The position numbers and the translations under genes were made by a program. The notes beneath the pieces were generated by a model. That model searched no databases, was not told the origin of the DNA, and saw only the letters and a list, made by a program, of their open reading frames with translations. From contig CAVPXM010000036.1 of assembly GCA_963709405.1 (NCBI GenBank), positions 47,921 through 111,920 of the forward strand: 64,000 nucleotides of DNA, read 5' to 3'. Below, piece by piece: positions 49,158-61,285 of the stretch. Source of the DNA: an uncultured Nitrososphaerales archaeon. Its GTDB lineage: Archaea > Thermoproteota > Nitrososphaeria > Nitrososphaerales > Nitrososphaeraceae. Numbering within the stretch: position 1 is the stretch's first letter; the number at the start of each line of letters is the position of its first letter.

Positions 49158-49223
49158 GATGCGATTCAAAAATATGAATTATTCAAAAACTAAGCTTACA
49201 ATGCCTGTATTGGCAGTAGGAGC
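49158..49223 (+). pseudogene. 66-bp fragment of an epoxide-hydrolase-like paralog
   Basis: DAIQ/NMNYSKTKLTMPVLAVGA, matching 25987-26051 (minus strand). Confidence 0.8.
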
Positions 49224-49322
49224 TACTAAGCCTGTTGTCTGCAGAATGGGGATGAAAATCGCAAATACAAATACAAATGTCAAATTTTGCCTTATGTTGA
49301 ACGAAAACACATCCGATACGGA

Positions 49323-50280
49323 ATGAAAACCATGAACACTACACGAGCTCCCAAAGCACATACCCCGTCCCACAGCAGCAAATCCACAGTTGGTCGCTTA
49401 TTTTTTCTGGAGGTAAGCTCCGGCCACGTTCTCTGCAAATCCAGACGGCTCGGACCGGAAGATCATCGTAACTGGATGCCGGATCCCCGATGGCGTGGTT
49501 GTGGATGTTGAGGCCGGACACATCTACTGGACCAATATGGGTAATCCCAGCAAGAATGATGGTTCCATTGAGCGAGCGAACCTAGATGGCCAGAATCGCA
49601 AGACGATTGTTCCCAAGGGTAGCACGTTCACGCCGAAACAGCTACATCTCGAGAAGAAAGGCGGCAAGCTGTATTGGTGCGATCGCGAAGGCATGCGAGT
49701 TATGCGCTCGAATCTTGATGGTTCGCAAATTGAAATACTCATAGATGCGAGCCAGGGTGATGCGCGGCCCGGCCACGACCAGACTAAATGGTGTATTGGA
49801 ATCGCGATTGATCCTGACCGCGGACAAATCTATTGGACACAAAAAGGTCCGGACGACGCAGGACTAGGCCGCCTCTTTCGCGCGAACGTCGAAATCCCAA
49901 AAGGCGAGACAGCGGCCAACCGTACAGATATCGAAGTTCTGTTTGAAGGACTACCCGAGCCGATTGACCTCGAACTAGATCTCAAGAATCGGCATGTCTA
50001 TTGGACCGACCGCGGAGATGCTCCACGCGGTAACACCGTGAATCGCGCGTCGATGGACGCGGATTTTAAGAAGTGGCCAGCTCCTGAGATTTTGCTCACG
50101 CACTTAATGGAGGGAATCGGGATAGCTATGGATTTCAAGAGAGATCGGATGTTCCTCACTGACTTGGCAGGCTCTGTTTACTCTGCCAAACTGGACGGAT
50201 CGGAGAAAAAACCAGTACTGGTCGCCCAAGGAAATTTGACCGGCATTGCATACGCAGAAGTAACTACAAAGGAGAATTGA
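49323..50280 (+). CDS. YWTD/LDL-receptor class B-like beta-propeller protein (frameshift at about 49435)
   Basis: IYWTNMG, LYWCDRE, IYWTQKG, VYWTDRG and MFLTDL blades with xxLDG turns; no signal peptide. Confidence 0.8.
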
Positions 50281-50282
50281 GT

Positions 50283-51230
50283 ATGACATATAACAAACCG
50301 ATAAGTCGGGTCGCAGTTGTTGGCACTGGAGTCATCGGCGCCAGCTGGGCGGCTCAATATCTCGCACGCGGGTTAGATGTTGTCGCGACCAATCCCAACC
50401 CAGATAGGGAAGCTGATTTGCGTAAGTATGTTGAAGAAGCGTGGGAGCAACTTAAAGTCATTGGCCTTTCAGCTGGAGCCGCACGCGACAGGCTATCCTT
50501 CACTACTAATATGAAGGAGGCACTCTCAAAAGCGGACTTCGTGCAGGAGAACGGTCCCGAGCGTCAGGATTTTAAGATAAAGTTGTTCGCCAATATGGAC
50601 GATGCCACTCCGGCTGACTCTCTAATCGCATCGAGTTCGTCCGGAATAACACCAAGCGTCATGCAGTCGAAATGCAAGCATGCCGAACGCGTCCTAATTG
50701 GACATCCTTTCAATCCGCCGCACATAATTCCATTAGTAGAAGTGGTGGGTGGCACCAAGACGTCACCTGATGCAATCGATCAGGCTATGGCGTTTTATTC
50801 CTCGATCGGCAAGAAGCCAATCCGTCTACGTAAGGAGATTCCTGGACACGTTGCAAACCGACTCCAAGCGGCTATGTATAAAGAGGTCTTGTATCTAATT
50901 GAGCGGGACGTATTGAGCGTGGCTGATGCGGATGATGCTGTGAGCTGGGGGCCAGGACTTCGTTGGGGAATCATGAGGCCAAATCTGCAATTTCATCTCG
51001 CTGGTGGTGCAGGCGGGATTAAGCATTTCCTTGAAGGGGTTTTTGTTGGTTTGTCACCTGTCATGAATACTCTCGGGATTCCGAAGATCACACCTGAGCT
51101 CAAGCAAAAGATCATCGATGGAGTTTTGGAAGAAGCCAGAAACCGCTCGGTCCAGCAACTCGCGAAGGAGGAAAACGAACTGTTGCTCAAACTGCTTAGT
51201 ATGCGCACGAAAGCTGACAGCAAAGGCTAG
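50283..51230 (+). CDS. 3-hydroxyacyl-CoA dehydrogenase family (carnitine dehydrogenase/lambda-crystallin-like)
   Basis: GTGVIGASW, QENGPE, ASSSSG, GHPFNPPH, GHVANRLQ, GPGLRW; intact. Confidence 0.9.
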   Translation: MTYNKPISRVAVVGTGVIGASWAAQYLARGLDVVATNPNPDREADLRKYVEEAWEQLKVIGLSAGAARDRLSFTTNMKEALSKADFVQENGPERQDFKIKLFANMDDATPADSLIASSSSGITPSVMQSKCKHAERVLIGHPFNPPHIIPLVEVVGGTKTSPDAIDQAMAFYSSIGKKPIRLRKEIPGHVANRLQAAMYKEVLYLIERDVLSVADADDAVSWGPGLRWGIMRPNLQFHLAGGAGGIKHFLEGVFVGLSPVMNTLGIPKITPELKQKIIDGVLEEARNRSVQQLAKEENELLLKLLSMRTKADSKG

Positions 51231-51569
51231 GCCCTGCATTGGAAATGAGCTGGAGATCACAAGGTAGATCAATAGAGCGACGCCCAGTGTAGCATGCTGA
51301 GAGTATTAATTCAACGCAAACCAAGAACTATAATTGTCAACGGCAGGAAAAGATACCGAGCTACCGAAGCCTGGCTGACACACAGACTCAGAAATGAGGA
51401 AATTCAGAACACAGAGCGGACTAAAGGAGAAGATAACAATGAAAACGCAAAACCATCATTCTGGGGCAGAGCCGGACGCTGCTGTATGAATCATTGATGT
51501 TGATTTATCGAGCTGAACCGACATACAACGCCTCATCGTCATCTCTGCCACATCGCGGCAGGCCTTCGT

Positions 51570-51800
51570 TTTTTGTTCCAAGCCTTGTGAGATAACCGCC
51601 AATAAACGTTAAATGTTTTAAATATATAATTTATGAACGCAAGATCGTGCGCTCTGATAAATCCTTCCATATCTGTGATTACCGCCAAATCTGTGGAAGG
51701 AATCCATCCAGAAAATATGACATCAGCTAACATAAGCACACGTTGATTTGGAGCGTAAATGAATATGTTACCTGGGAGATGATTATTGTCATAATAGTCC
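51570..51800 (-). pseudogene. MBL-fold hydrolase fragment
   Basis: HLPGNIFIYAPNQRVLMLADVIFSGW..FIRAHD. Confidence 0.55.
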
Positions 51801-52155
51801 AATGTATAACCTACCGTTTGTTCATACTGACTAATCTTATAATATCGTGCGCTTTCTACAAAGACTCGATGAAGAATAAACTTACAATACATACTCCATT
51901 TAGTAAACTCTTAATGGCTTATTATAATGCATAATGTCATTATGATAGTTAACAAGGAACAACATAAATAACGACATTGATAACGTTAATGATAGAATCA
52001 TATATCCAAAAACTGTGTTTACAACATTTAGTATATTTGAGCAGTTAAAGCGAAAATAAAATGAAAAACCAAAAATGTTGTAAGTATCTGAAAGTTTTGC
52101 TAGTCTTACTCCAGCATTTGAGAATTAAAGCATTTTTCTATACTAAGATACGCAA

Positions 52156-53558
52156 TCATAATTGCTTTGCAGTCTGCGATGCAGTAATATTCACAGGTTC
52201 CCATACCGGCGAAGCTGGCGGTACATAACATGCATCATAGCTTGCCAAATCTTTTATGTCTGCTTTAAGTAGGAGAGCTAATGCAATTAAATCAATTCTC
52301 TCCTTGACTCCTTCTCCTCCAACAATTTGTGAACCTAATATTCTTCCACTTTTTCTATCAGCAATAATCTTTATCCATATTGATTTGCTATCTGGATAAT
52401 AACCAGCCCTTGTTATACTTTCTATTTTTTCTTCAATAGGATCAAAACCATAATTCAAAGCTTCTTGTCTAGTTAATCCAGTCTTACCAATATACAAGTC
52501 AAATACCTTGGTTATAACACTGCCAGCAATTCCTCTAAACCTTGCACTTCCACCAGCCGCGTTCTCTCCTGCAACTCGTCCTTGCTTGTTTGCAGTTGTT
52601 CCCAAAGGTAGGTATGTATCTTCATTTGTAATATAGCTTCTAGCAGTTGCACAATCTCCTGCTGCAAATATATCTGGAACATTAGTTCTCATGTATTCAT
52701 CAACCTTAATTGCATTGGAAAATCCTATCTCTATACCTGCATTTTTGGCGATTTCAGAATTGGGCCTCACACCGGTTCCAAGTAGTATGAAATCAGTATT
52801 GATTTGGCGATTAGTATTAGTTTTTACGGCTTTGACATCTCCATCTGTGCTACTACTACCAACTATCTCTTCCACTCGCTCACCTGTAATTACTTTCACT
52901 CCATTGTCTTCTAATTCTCTTTGTACTATCTTGGCCATCTCTTTATCAAGCATAGTAGGAAGGACATGGTCGCTCATCCCCCCTACTACTGTTATATCCA
53001 TTTTTCTTCCTATACCTCTTTTCTTAAATGCCTCTATCATCTCAAGACCAATAAGACCTGCTCCTGCAATTACACACGTAGAAGCATTTTTTGTTATTGT
53101 AGAATCATATATTTTTAGCCCATCTTCATAATTTCGTATTAGAAATACACCATCACCACCATCTTTCTGGTTGATACCTTTGATGTTAGGAAGTATCGCT
53201 CTTGCGCCAGTAGCTACCACTAAAGAATCATATTCATAAATTGTTTCTACTCCACTTTGCAGATCGATTGCATATACTTCCTTTTTTACTCGGTCTATTT
53301 TCTGTGCATAGGTATTAGTAATAACATCTATCTGGTATTTTTTTTGAATAAATCTGCTGGTCTTTCTATTAGTTCTTGAAAGTCCTTTACTGTACCTTCA
53401 ATGACATATGGCATTCCACATGCACCATAAGAGACCACTTTTTCATCCTGAATTATCTTTACATCAGCATCAGGATCAATTCTTTTAGCTTTTGATGCAG
53501 CACTAGGACCGGCAGCAACACCACCAATAACTAGTATTTTCTTGTTAGTCATATGCAA
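52156..53558 (-). CDS. CoA-disulfide reductase / NADH oxidase family, frameshift at homopolymer about 53340
   Basis: IGGVAAG, SYGACGMPY, ATGA, GAGLIGLE, FAAGDC, LGTTANKQG, YVPPASPVW. Confidence 0.88.
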
Positions 53559-53764
53559 TGCACCATTACAAAGCTGTTATTATCACAGTAATATTTATAG
53601 AAGATGTGAGTTCGGGTAAAAAGTCGAAGTAAAAGATAACGGTAGCATGAATCATGAATCACTAAGGTTCTATGAGCCCATCATGGACGTTGCATGTAAG
53701 AACTCTGCAAGTTCTCTTACTCTGGGTTATGGCTTCGTTTCATGACCTCTTCTATAAGCGGTTC

Positions 53765-53813
53765 TAGACTCAGTAACATTAATTCGCTAACTCACACTCC
53801 TCGATAGATATTT
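53765..53813 (-). mobile_element. solo right end of the IS630 element
   Basis: Exact reverse complement of the last about 49 bp of the copies ending at 10352 and 34061. Confidence 0.88.
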
Positions 53814-53999
53814 TGGCTGCACGTATATACTCAATAACTAGAAGAATTCTTATTGCAGCATATGATATCGCAAATTTGTCTGATGTTTCAGCTAATGCCC
53901 CGTGTATGTTAATAGTAAGAGCTGGAGCTCCCATCATCTGAAGAAACACCAATAGACGATGACCAAATGGTTAACAGGTTAGGATATTATTCTCTGAGC

Positions 54000-54796
54000 T
54001 AACAGAATCTTTTAAAATGGGCTGTCAGACCTGCACCAAGTAATTGTGATGCGAACAAACATCCAGAATCCAAATACGCAAGATCTGTTTTATAATAAAG
54101 AGGACATAAAAAAATATGGCACCTGACATAGTAGAAAACTTGATTATTATGATGCACCTCACCCTGCAGTAATTCAAAGGAATGCATTTAGGAACTATGA
54201 ACAGATGCAGAAGAGTTGGTACATGTTCTTCTTTCTTTTACAAAATGTGCCTGAGAGAGTTCTAAGGCGCAATAATTTTGAATTGCTCAAACATGTATTT
54301 GACATTTCAACAAAAAGAAAAAAGATGTTTACTCAGAAGGATATCGAATGGTATACCTCTTCTTGGAGTAAGGAAGGAGGAATAAATTACTATAGATCTA
54401 ATCTAAATGCAGAATTTTGGGGAAATCTTGATGAAAGTATTCCATTCCCAAAAATAAAATCTCCTACATTGCAAATATGGGCAGAAGATCTATTTTTAGG
54501 AAAGGAGTTAACAAGTTATGTAAATGGCACGATAAGTTCATTATGTAAAGTTTCTCTGGTCATTTTGCTATGAGTTAGCTAAAGCTGTAGCCATAAAATT
54601 ACCTTGTCATAATAATCATATTCACTTTACAAAGTAATTACCAATGATATTACAATGCTGTTAACAGAAGGAACAAGTGAATTTGTTGATGCACTATTCT
54701 CATTGAAGATTATACCTAACTGCGGTCACTGGATACAACAAGAAGCACCAGAAGAGGTCAATCAGATTATAGATGAATTTCTTGATTATAATTTAA
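54000..54796 (+). pseudogene. alpha/beta hydrolase (epoxide hydrolase-like), degraded and split by an insertion
   Basis: QMQKSWYMFFF, INYYRS, IKSPTLQIW, then CGHWIQQEAPEEVN after the insertion. Confidence 0.8.
54514..54659. mobile_element. 146-bp non-coding insertion (MITE-like) with GTTAACA target duplication
   Basis: GTTAACA at 54507-54513 and 54660-54666; removal restores KELT/EGTS in frame. Confidence 0.75.
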
Positions 54797-55192
54797 ACAA
54801 AAATTAGCGTCATCATAATGTTCCATTTAGTGCGATCTCTACACCGAGTTGGCCGCTCATACATACTAACCTAATACTTTGAGTTCTGTCTTGGTCATTA
54901 AATTATTTTTTAATCGAGCATATGCAACAAAACACCAATCAATCTTTGAATGTTATCACCACCTTTGTTATTAGCTTGTATTGTAAAAGCTGTTGAAAAT
55001 AGTCCCAGTATCCTTCCGTGAGAAAGGTAGAAGTAGGTTAGACAATATCAAAAAGTGAATGGAGATGGGAAAATCTGAATTAGGTATAATAAAAAATTAT
55101 GACATTATATATGAATATATAATAGATGAATATATAATGCAATGCTATTTTGATGATGGCACTTCCTGATCTAGGAATGTCTTTAGCGAGGT

Positions 55193-55550
55193 ATGATGAT
55201 GAAGGGTGATTCTGATAAAGTCAAAGAATTTATTTCAGATATCATTGTTAATGAATTTAAATTTAAGCTCAAATTTGATACAATGGATTCTGATATACGT
55301 GCAATTCACGAAACATATAACAAATCTAATAGAGGTTGCTTTTGGGTTGCAGAAACCATTGATGATTCCAACACTCAACAAAAACATCAACAAAAAATAG
55401 TCGGTACTGCTGCTGTAAGAAACCTGAAACAGTTTGAATCGACATGTGAATTAAAGCGCATGTATGTATTACGCGATTTCAGACGGTTAGGTTTAGGTCA
55501 AAAGTTGCTTAATATAGCAATAGAGTTTGCAAAAAGCTTTGGTTATTCAA
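55193..55550 (+). pseudogene. GNAT N-acetyltransferase, 3'-truncated
   Basis: CFWVA..IVGTAAV..CELKRMYV..RRLGLGQKLL..FAKSFGY, then homology stops. Confidence 0.8.
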
Positions 55551-55685
55551 GCCTGGATATTTTGATGGCCTGTTTCAGCCATAGTTGCAAATGCTCCATT
55601 CTTTCCTTTCAGATTAACATTCTGTGATGTACTCAAATTAAATTAACCTTCTTCGGTTCAATTAAGCGAAAAATACCGAATATAA

Positions 55686-56684
55686 TGCTCTGTTGCATGA
55701 TTCATTAGGATTTTAGGTTATGCAAGCCGTTAGTTAGGTCATTCGATTGAACATGTTATACAGAGTTGCCTTTAGGAAGATTTCCTTTACCATATTAGGA
55801 AATTTTCTAGCTGTTACATGTTCACCAAACATTCTTTTAATTGAAGAGAATGCTGTTTCTGCCATCCACCTGTGTCCATAGCTCACGCTACGCTTCCATC
55901 TTTTGAGATTTGCTTGTTGTTTTACTACAGACATATTCCTAGCATGACAGTTAGTTGACCTTACCTTGGAATTACTTCTTGTCTTTATACCTGGTTTAAT
56001 ATGGTTCTTTGACAGGTATCTAAAATTGTTATTGCTGTCGTACATACCATCTGCTAACATGCCCTTCACATGATTATTCTCAGAAGCATTGTCTACTAGC
56101 TTGCTTAGCATCCTACCATCATGTACCTCTTCACTAGTTACCTCCAAAGACAGGATTCTTTTCTTCTTGATGTCAACTGCTACATGTATCTTTAGATATC
56201 CTTTCCTAACATGCCATTTATGCCGCATCCATTCACCTCGATTAGCTACTTTAATACCGGTACTGTCTATAGCAATGACAATATCATTTCCTAATTTTTC
56301 ATTGATTTTGATCTCTAGCCTGTTTATGCGTCTACTAATAGTACTATAATGTGGTATACCTGGAACCTTTGTACTTGCATGTGCTATAACTACGCCCTCT
56401 GTCTGTCTATATGGTAGATGAAAATAAGCTCTCATGTAACCTAGGATCTTAATAAAGGAATCTGGATAGTCGTAAGGTTCACCAACCTTACCAAGATTCA
56501 TTTGAGATAATTCATGATCCCATCCATCAAGTACATCAAAATCTAAGAGTACTTGGCCACGTCTTACTAATGAATGATTATACGAAGGCCAGTCAATCAT
56601 GCCAGAATAATTATTATTGGGTAGCTAAATGCAGAGTGGTCAAATAAATATCACTTACAACATAATGAATCGCGCAACAAAGCA
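55686..56684 (-). mobile_element. IS5-family (IS903-like) element with intact transposase (55734-56600)
   Basis: TIRs TGCTCTGTTGC / GCAACAAAGCA, target duplication GAATATAA(T); DDE motifs as in 13611-14510. Confidence 0.93.
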
Positions 56685-57118
56685 GAATATAATAAAAAAG
56701 ATGATCTTAAAATTTTAGAAATTATTGTTATTTTATTATATAGTCTATTTTCTAAGCCTTACTGAATTATTATTTTGACGTATCGGGCATTACGTCAGGC
56801 TCAGATGCAACGCTATAATGAAGCATGGAATGACTACATGGCAGATCAGGAAAGGGTAGTATCCGCTCATAAAGAGCTGTATAACCAATATAAGAATATA
56901 TACGCAGATAATAACAACTACATTTTACCTGAGACTAAAATTGTGAATATGGTTGTCTGGTTATCTCAACTTACCTTAATGATATCAATATTGACAGTCT
57001 GAAGAAGGATAATAATACACAATATTATCCAAAAAGATTCCCTGGTTTTGTATTTAGAATACATAATCGAAGATCAACAAGCACTGCATCTGTGAATCAG
57101 TACAGATTGAAACGCGGA

Positions 57119-57780
57119 TTATAACTTGTTGATATATTCTTCATTATTATTCTCGAATTCTTTTGCTGATTCTTTCAGTTCAAGTCTTTCTTGATGCAGA
57201 GTGTCTATTAGAGCTGATTCTTCTTGATATGATGTTCGATATTGAACCAAAGTAGCATGTAAACCAAATATTTCTTTCTCTAGAGCCTCCTTCTTAGATT
57301 CTAGGAGATCTACTTCTCTTCGTAATCCTTCGTACTTAGCCTGTACGATTGGCAACTCATTATTGGCAATTTCAAGTAGTCTTTTGACATGCTTTAGGCC
57401 CATACCTGCAGACTCTCATCAATCTGTAGAGTTCTACGAAGGTCCAAATATCCTCTTTAACATGTTCATGAACCTGATAAAGACTATAAAGTTGTTGTAG
57501 TTTCCAGTATTGTTTATAGAATTCATGCACTTCGGGCTCCTTTAGACCTAATTTAATAGCCACTTGCAGTGGAGTTTTGCCTTCTGAAAAAAGAAGATAG
57601 GCTTGAGATGAATTAGACATTGATTGCTCCGAGCCAGATTTTTTCAGAATAGGTCCGATATCACGAAGGGATATTCGTGCTTCCTTGGCTATTTCAGTGT
57701 AAGTCATTCCTTCTTTATAATAAAGGTCTAAGACGAGTTTTTCTTTTTCCTGTCTTGTCAAGCCGACAATATTTCTCATA
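57119..57780 (-). pseudogene. HTH + coiled-coil protein typical of Nitrososphaeraceae integrated elements, frameshifted
   Basis: LVLDLYY..TYTEIAKEARISLRDIG, AYLLFSEGKTPLQVAIKL, then a coiled coil in the adjacent frame. Confidence 0.65.
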
Positions 57781-57814
57781 TCTAATATAGGCAAGAGTGA
57801 ATCTTAAAGGGTGT

Positions 57815-57910
57815 TAAGTCCTATTACCGTCATATTATCATTATTGCCACCTACTTACCTCTATTTTCTCTATTACCACAGTTATTTTAGTATGAATTCA
57901 AATTAGGATG
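57815..57910. repeat. dispersed ~95 bp non-coding repeat, copy 2
   Basis: Direct match to 29654-29748; lies just upstream of the HTH gene. Confidence 0.85.
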
Positions 57911-58124
57911 TTTAATCCCCTTAATATCCACTAGTCATTTAATGTTACAAATTATTAATATGGAAAACTGGTCAGATTTAAACAATTATTCATTCAGTTG
58001 TACAAGATTTAATTAAAAATAAATACATATAATTACTAATCATAGACTCAGATCAGCAAAGATAAAGTGCCTGGACTTGGGGCTATTCTCTATTAATGAA
58101 GACCGATAATATTACCGTTCCAAA

Positions 58125-58834
58125 AATACAGAGCACTGGTATTACAAGGAGCATGGTGCCTATCAAGTAGGCGGATTGAAAGAACTAATCGAAAATCTTG
58201 GGAAGAAAATGAATGCTGATAAAGATGTACCATTATTTGATATTGTTGCTGGGACTTCTATGGGTGCAATGAATGCTGCGGTTTTAGTAGGTAATGTGAT
58301 AAATAGAAATAAGACCTGGGAAGATTAGCAACTGGTGGTGGAAAAATAACGGAAATATTCAAAATATGGCCTATGCCTCCGGTGAGGCTTTAAGAGGCAT
58401 TCAAGTAGTAAAGGAATACTTGGCTCATGGAACGCCTAGGGTGTGTCACTCCGCCGTTTATTACCAAACTTGATACGAAATTTGGCGATCAGAAGGACAA
58501 TTTGTGGTATCATCATTCAAACAAACCTCTAGAAGATATTAACCAAGTATTCAAAAAAACCTGGTAGGTAGTTGATAGCTATCATGAGGAAGCAGAAGAT
58601 CCGAACAATACGCTATACTATGGGGATGGTATTACTATAGATGATGTTATGGCTAGCGGGACTATACCAGAGTTTTATGATTTTCGTGAAATAGGAGGTC
58701 GTCAATTTTGTGATGGAGGACTAATAAGTAATACTCCATTTAGGGAACTTTTGCAAGCCCATCAAGAATATTGGTTAAAGGTAATAAAAGACAAAGAAAA
58801 TGAAAAGATTCCTAATCTCGAAATGGCTTTGTAG
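58125..58834 (+). pseudogene. patatin-like phospholipase, heavily degraded
   Basis: RALVLQG, FDIVAGTSMGAMNAA (GxSxG) and DGGLISNTP across frames. Confidence 0.8.
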
Positions 58835-59213
58835 TCAACGATTCCATCACTATTCTTATCCGGTCATCAGCAGTCCATCTGCTACTACTACCCTGCATAT
58901 ACAAGACCTCCTCTAATGTCTGGAGTAAAAAAGTCTCCATTGCAGGGTGTTCTCAATTTAGAGGGGTCCAGGACAAGACTCTTTCAATTCTTTTAATTTC
59001 CTTACTATCTCCTTTATGCCTTTATCTTCTGCAACAGTATTGTGCAGTTTCTCATGAATATCTTTTTTCTTTTCCTCAGTCTGCAATATCTGATCCTCTA
59101 ATTCCTAATACCCCTCTTAGTATGGATTGATATGGCATTGGTTGTTGGGCTGTCTTTGCTATGTCGAAAATCAATTATTATTATCGATACACTCCTAAGT
59201 ACTGTTTCATGAT

Positions 59214-60300
59214 TTACCTAACTGCCAAATTAAGAAGCCTTAATCTTCCAATTATTTCGTCAAGCTTTTTATCGTATTCCATTAGATAACCCTCAACTTT
59301 TTCTTGAAAATTAAAGACATCATTTATGAACTCTACGGCTCTTTTTTTAGGACGCTTATTTTCTTCTACTCTACAGACGGTATCTTTACCCATTGCTTTG
59401 ATATAGATCCTAAAAAGGTGATCTAAGTGTTTTACCTGAATTTTAATAGCAGTGAAATGAAGCAGGTCGCTGACCTTAATATCCTTATTAATATCACATT
59501 CTGCTAGCTCCCATTCCAAGATATCTGGAACTATTCTTCCGTGTTTATCACATAGTAAACCTAACAGTCCAGATCGTATCTGTCCAAAAAAAGCTAAAAT
59601 TCGAGATCTTATCTTCCTCAATTTCGAGTTTATATGGATTGTTGCTACATAATACCAGAATTTCCACTGTGCCGCTCTTGTAGAAAACATAAGTGACCAG
59701 AGATTTACCTATAATTTCCTGATAGTGTTTACCATTATTTTGCTTGTAACACGGAAGATTCAACTCTAAATAACAATCTGGATTAACTCTCGTTTTAAAA
59801 TGCATATTGTGTATAAATAGAGGAGCCTCGGGTAGCAATGGATGAATATAACCTTCAAGAGTCTGCACGATTATAGGTTGTAGGCAGTTTGTAAGGGGGT
59901 CTTTAGAAGTGGGTGTATTTGAGATGGCCACCCCTGAGGGGCATATTGGTGTATTCTTTTGTAGTTTCGCTTTTTTAATTTCGGATTTTATCATAGTAGG
60001 GTAGTACAGTTGTGGCCTTCTATCTTCTAAAGTGAATAGTGTTCCTTTCCTTAAATGATATTTGAGCATATCCTGAGCCTGTCTTTTATGTAAACCAAAT
60101 CCTCTTTCAAGTAAATCGGTATAAGTAATACCTCTTCCTCCTTTCGTTTTGTATATATCAATAGCTATCTCTGTAATTTCATGAGATCTTACGTACCGAT
60201 TTCTGGGACATAACTGTAGCGACAAGGTTTGTGGTGTACATTTGGAATTCGCTAGAGGTGTATTACTTGCTTCATCTTCAAATAAATTTTTATGAGGCAT
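59214..60300 (-). CDS. putative replication/DNA-processing protein of the integrated element (wHTH N-terminus), frameshift at about 59612
   Basis: GITYTDL..QAQDMLKY..LF wHTH-like region, IHNMHFK and DINKD motifs; overlaps the stop of the upstream gene; function inferred from position. Confidence 0.45.
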
Positions 60301-61060
60301 GAGTTTGTTTTCTTCGGAAGGTATCAGGTACCACGCGTTCAAATACTCCGCTTTTGTCAAATACGATGAAAACGAAATTCCTGCTCTTCTGCATCGCATC
60401 ATTTAGATTTTGATACTTTTCCTTTGGAATTGTGAATTCTCTTTCATAGGCGGATATCATTTCAGCCGTTACTAATGTAGTGTGCCTTGAGAGAGCTTCG
60501 GTTAGTTCAAGGTTTTTGGAGTCCTTCTCTTTGCAACTAGGGCATCCTTTTACATCATCAACTCGATTCTGCGAAGATGCTTTAGTATCAAATGTGCTTT
60601 CCATTGTCGTAGTAGAGGTTGGAGATAATTTCCGAACCTCTTCCTTCACTTCGATAGATCGTCCTTGACCACTATGTACAATAATAAGTTCTTCCTTGTT
60701 TTTAGCGTATTTTTCTTCCTGTTTCAGCGGCGTTTGCGCCGCGAGATTTTCATAGCTTTCTTTAGCTTTATGTCGTTTCTTTTGTTTTTTTGCATTCTCC
60801 GCCCTATACTGTTGTTTATATCTATCCTCGAGGCACTCACGGATGAAACGCTCAGACACTCTACCACGCAACTGGTTGACAATCTCGATGCAGATCGTCT
60901 CGAGTAGAATCTTTCCTTCAAGATCTCTGGCCAAATCTTTGACAATATTCTTCTTTTCCTTCTTGGCTTGTTCATCTACTTTATCAAGCTTAATCCTTGC
61001 ATTTTCAAATAGCAAAGAGATTTCTTCTTCCTGCTCAATAGAATTCTGCTGCTTGGTCAT
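60290..61060 (-). CDS. charged helical hypothetical protein with CPSC
   Basis: 256-aa ORF with ATGA coupling to the upstream gene; VSERFIRECL HTH-like segment. Confidence 0.65.
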   Translation of the reverse strand: MTKQQNSIEQEEEISLLFENARIKLDKVDEQAKKEKKNIVKDLARDLEGKILLETICIEIVNQLRGRVSERFIRECLEDRYKQQYRAENAKKQKKRHKAKESYENLAAQTPLKQEEKYAKNKEELIIVHSGQGRSIEVKEEVRKLSPTSTTTMESTFDTKASSQNRVDDVKGCPSCKEKDSKNLELTEALSRHTTLVTAEMISAYEREFTIPKEKYQNLNDAMQKSRNFVFIVFDKSGVFERVVPDTFRRKQTHAS

Positions 61061-61257
61061 GAATTATCATCCTCTTTGCTAGCAGTGTGTCTAAGTTGTG
61101 ATATCTCTCTAAGTGTACTCTCATCAAGGCGTAATTTCGATTTACATGTTGAACATAGAAATAGACAAATCATTCCCTTAGCAACTTTCACGCGAACCTC
61201 GGTATCAGCCTTTGAGTGGCATCCAACTGCTTCACATACAAAATTATCATTACTCAT
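61057..61257 (-). CDS. small zinc-finger protein
   Basis: CEAVGC..LFLCSTC. Confidence 0.65.
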   Translation of the reverse strand: MSNDNFVCEAVGCHSKADTEVRVKVAKGMICLFLCSTCKSKLRLDESTLREISQLRHTASKEDDNS

Positions 61258-61285
61258 AATTGATATGCACCATGTGATTCATGAG

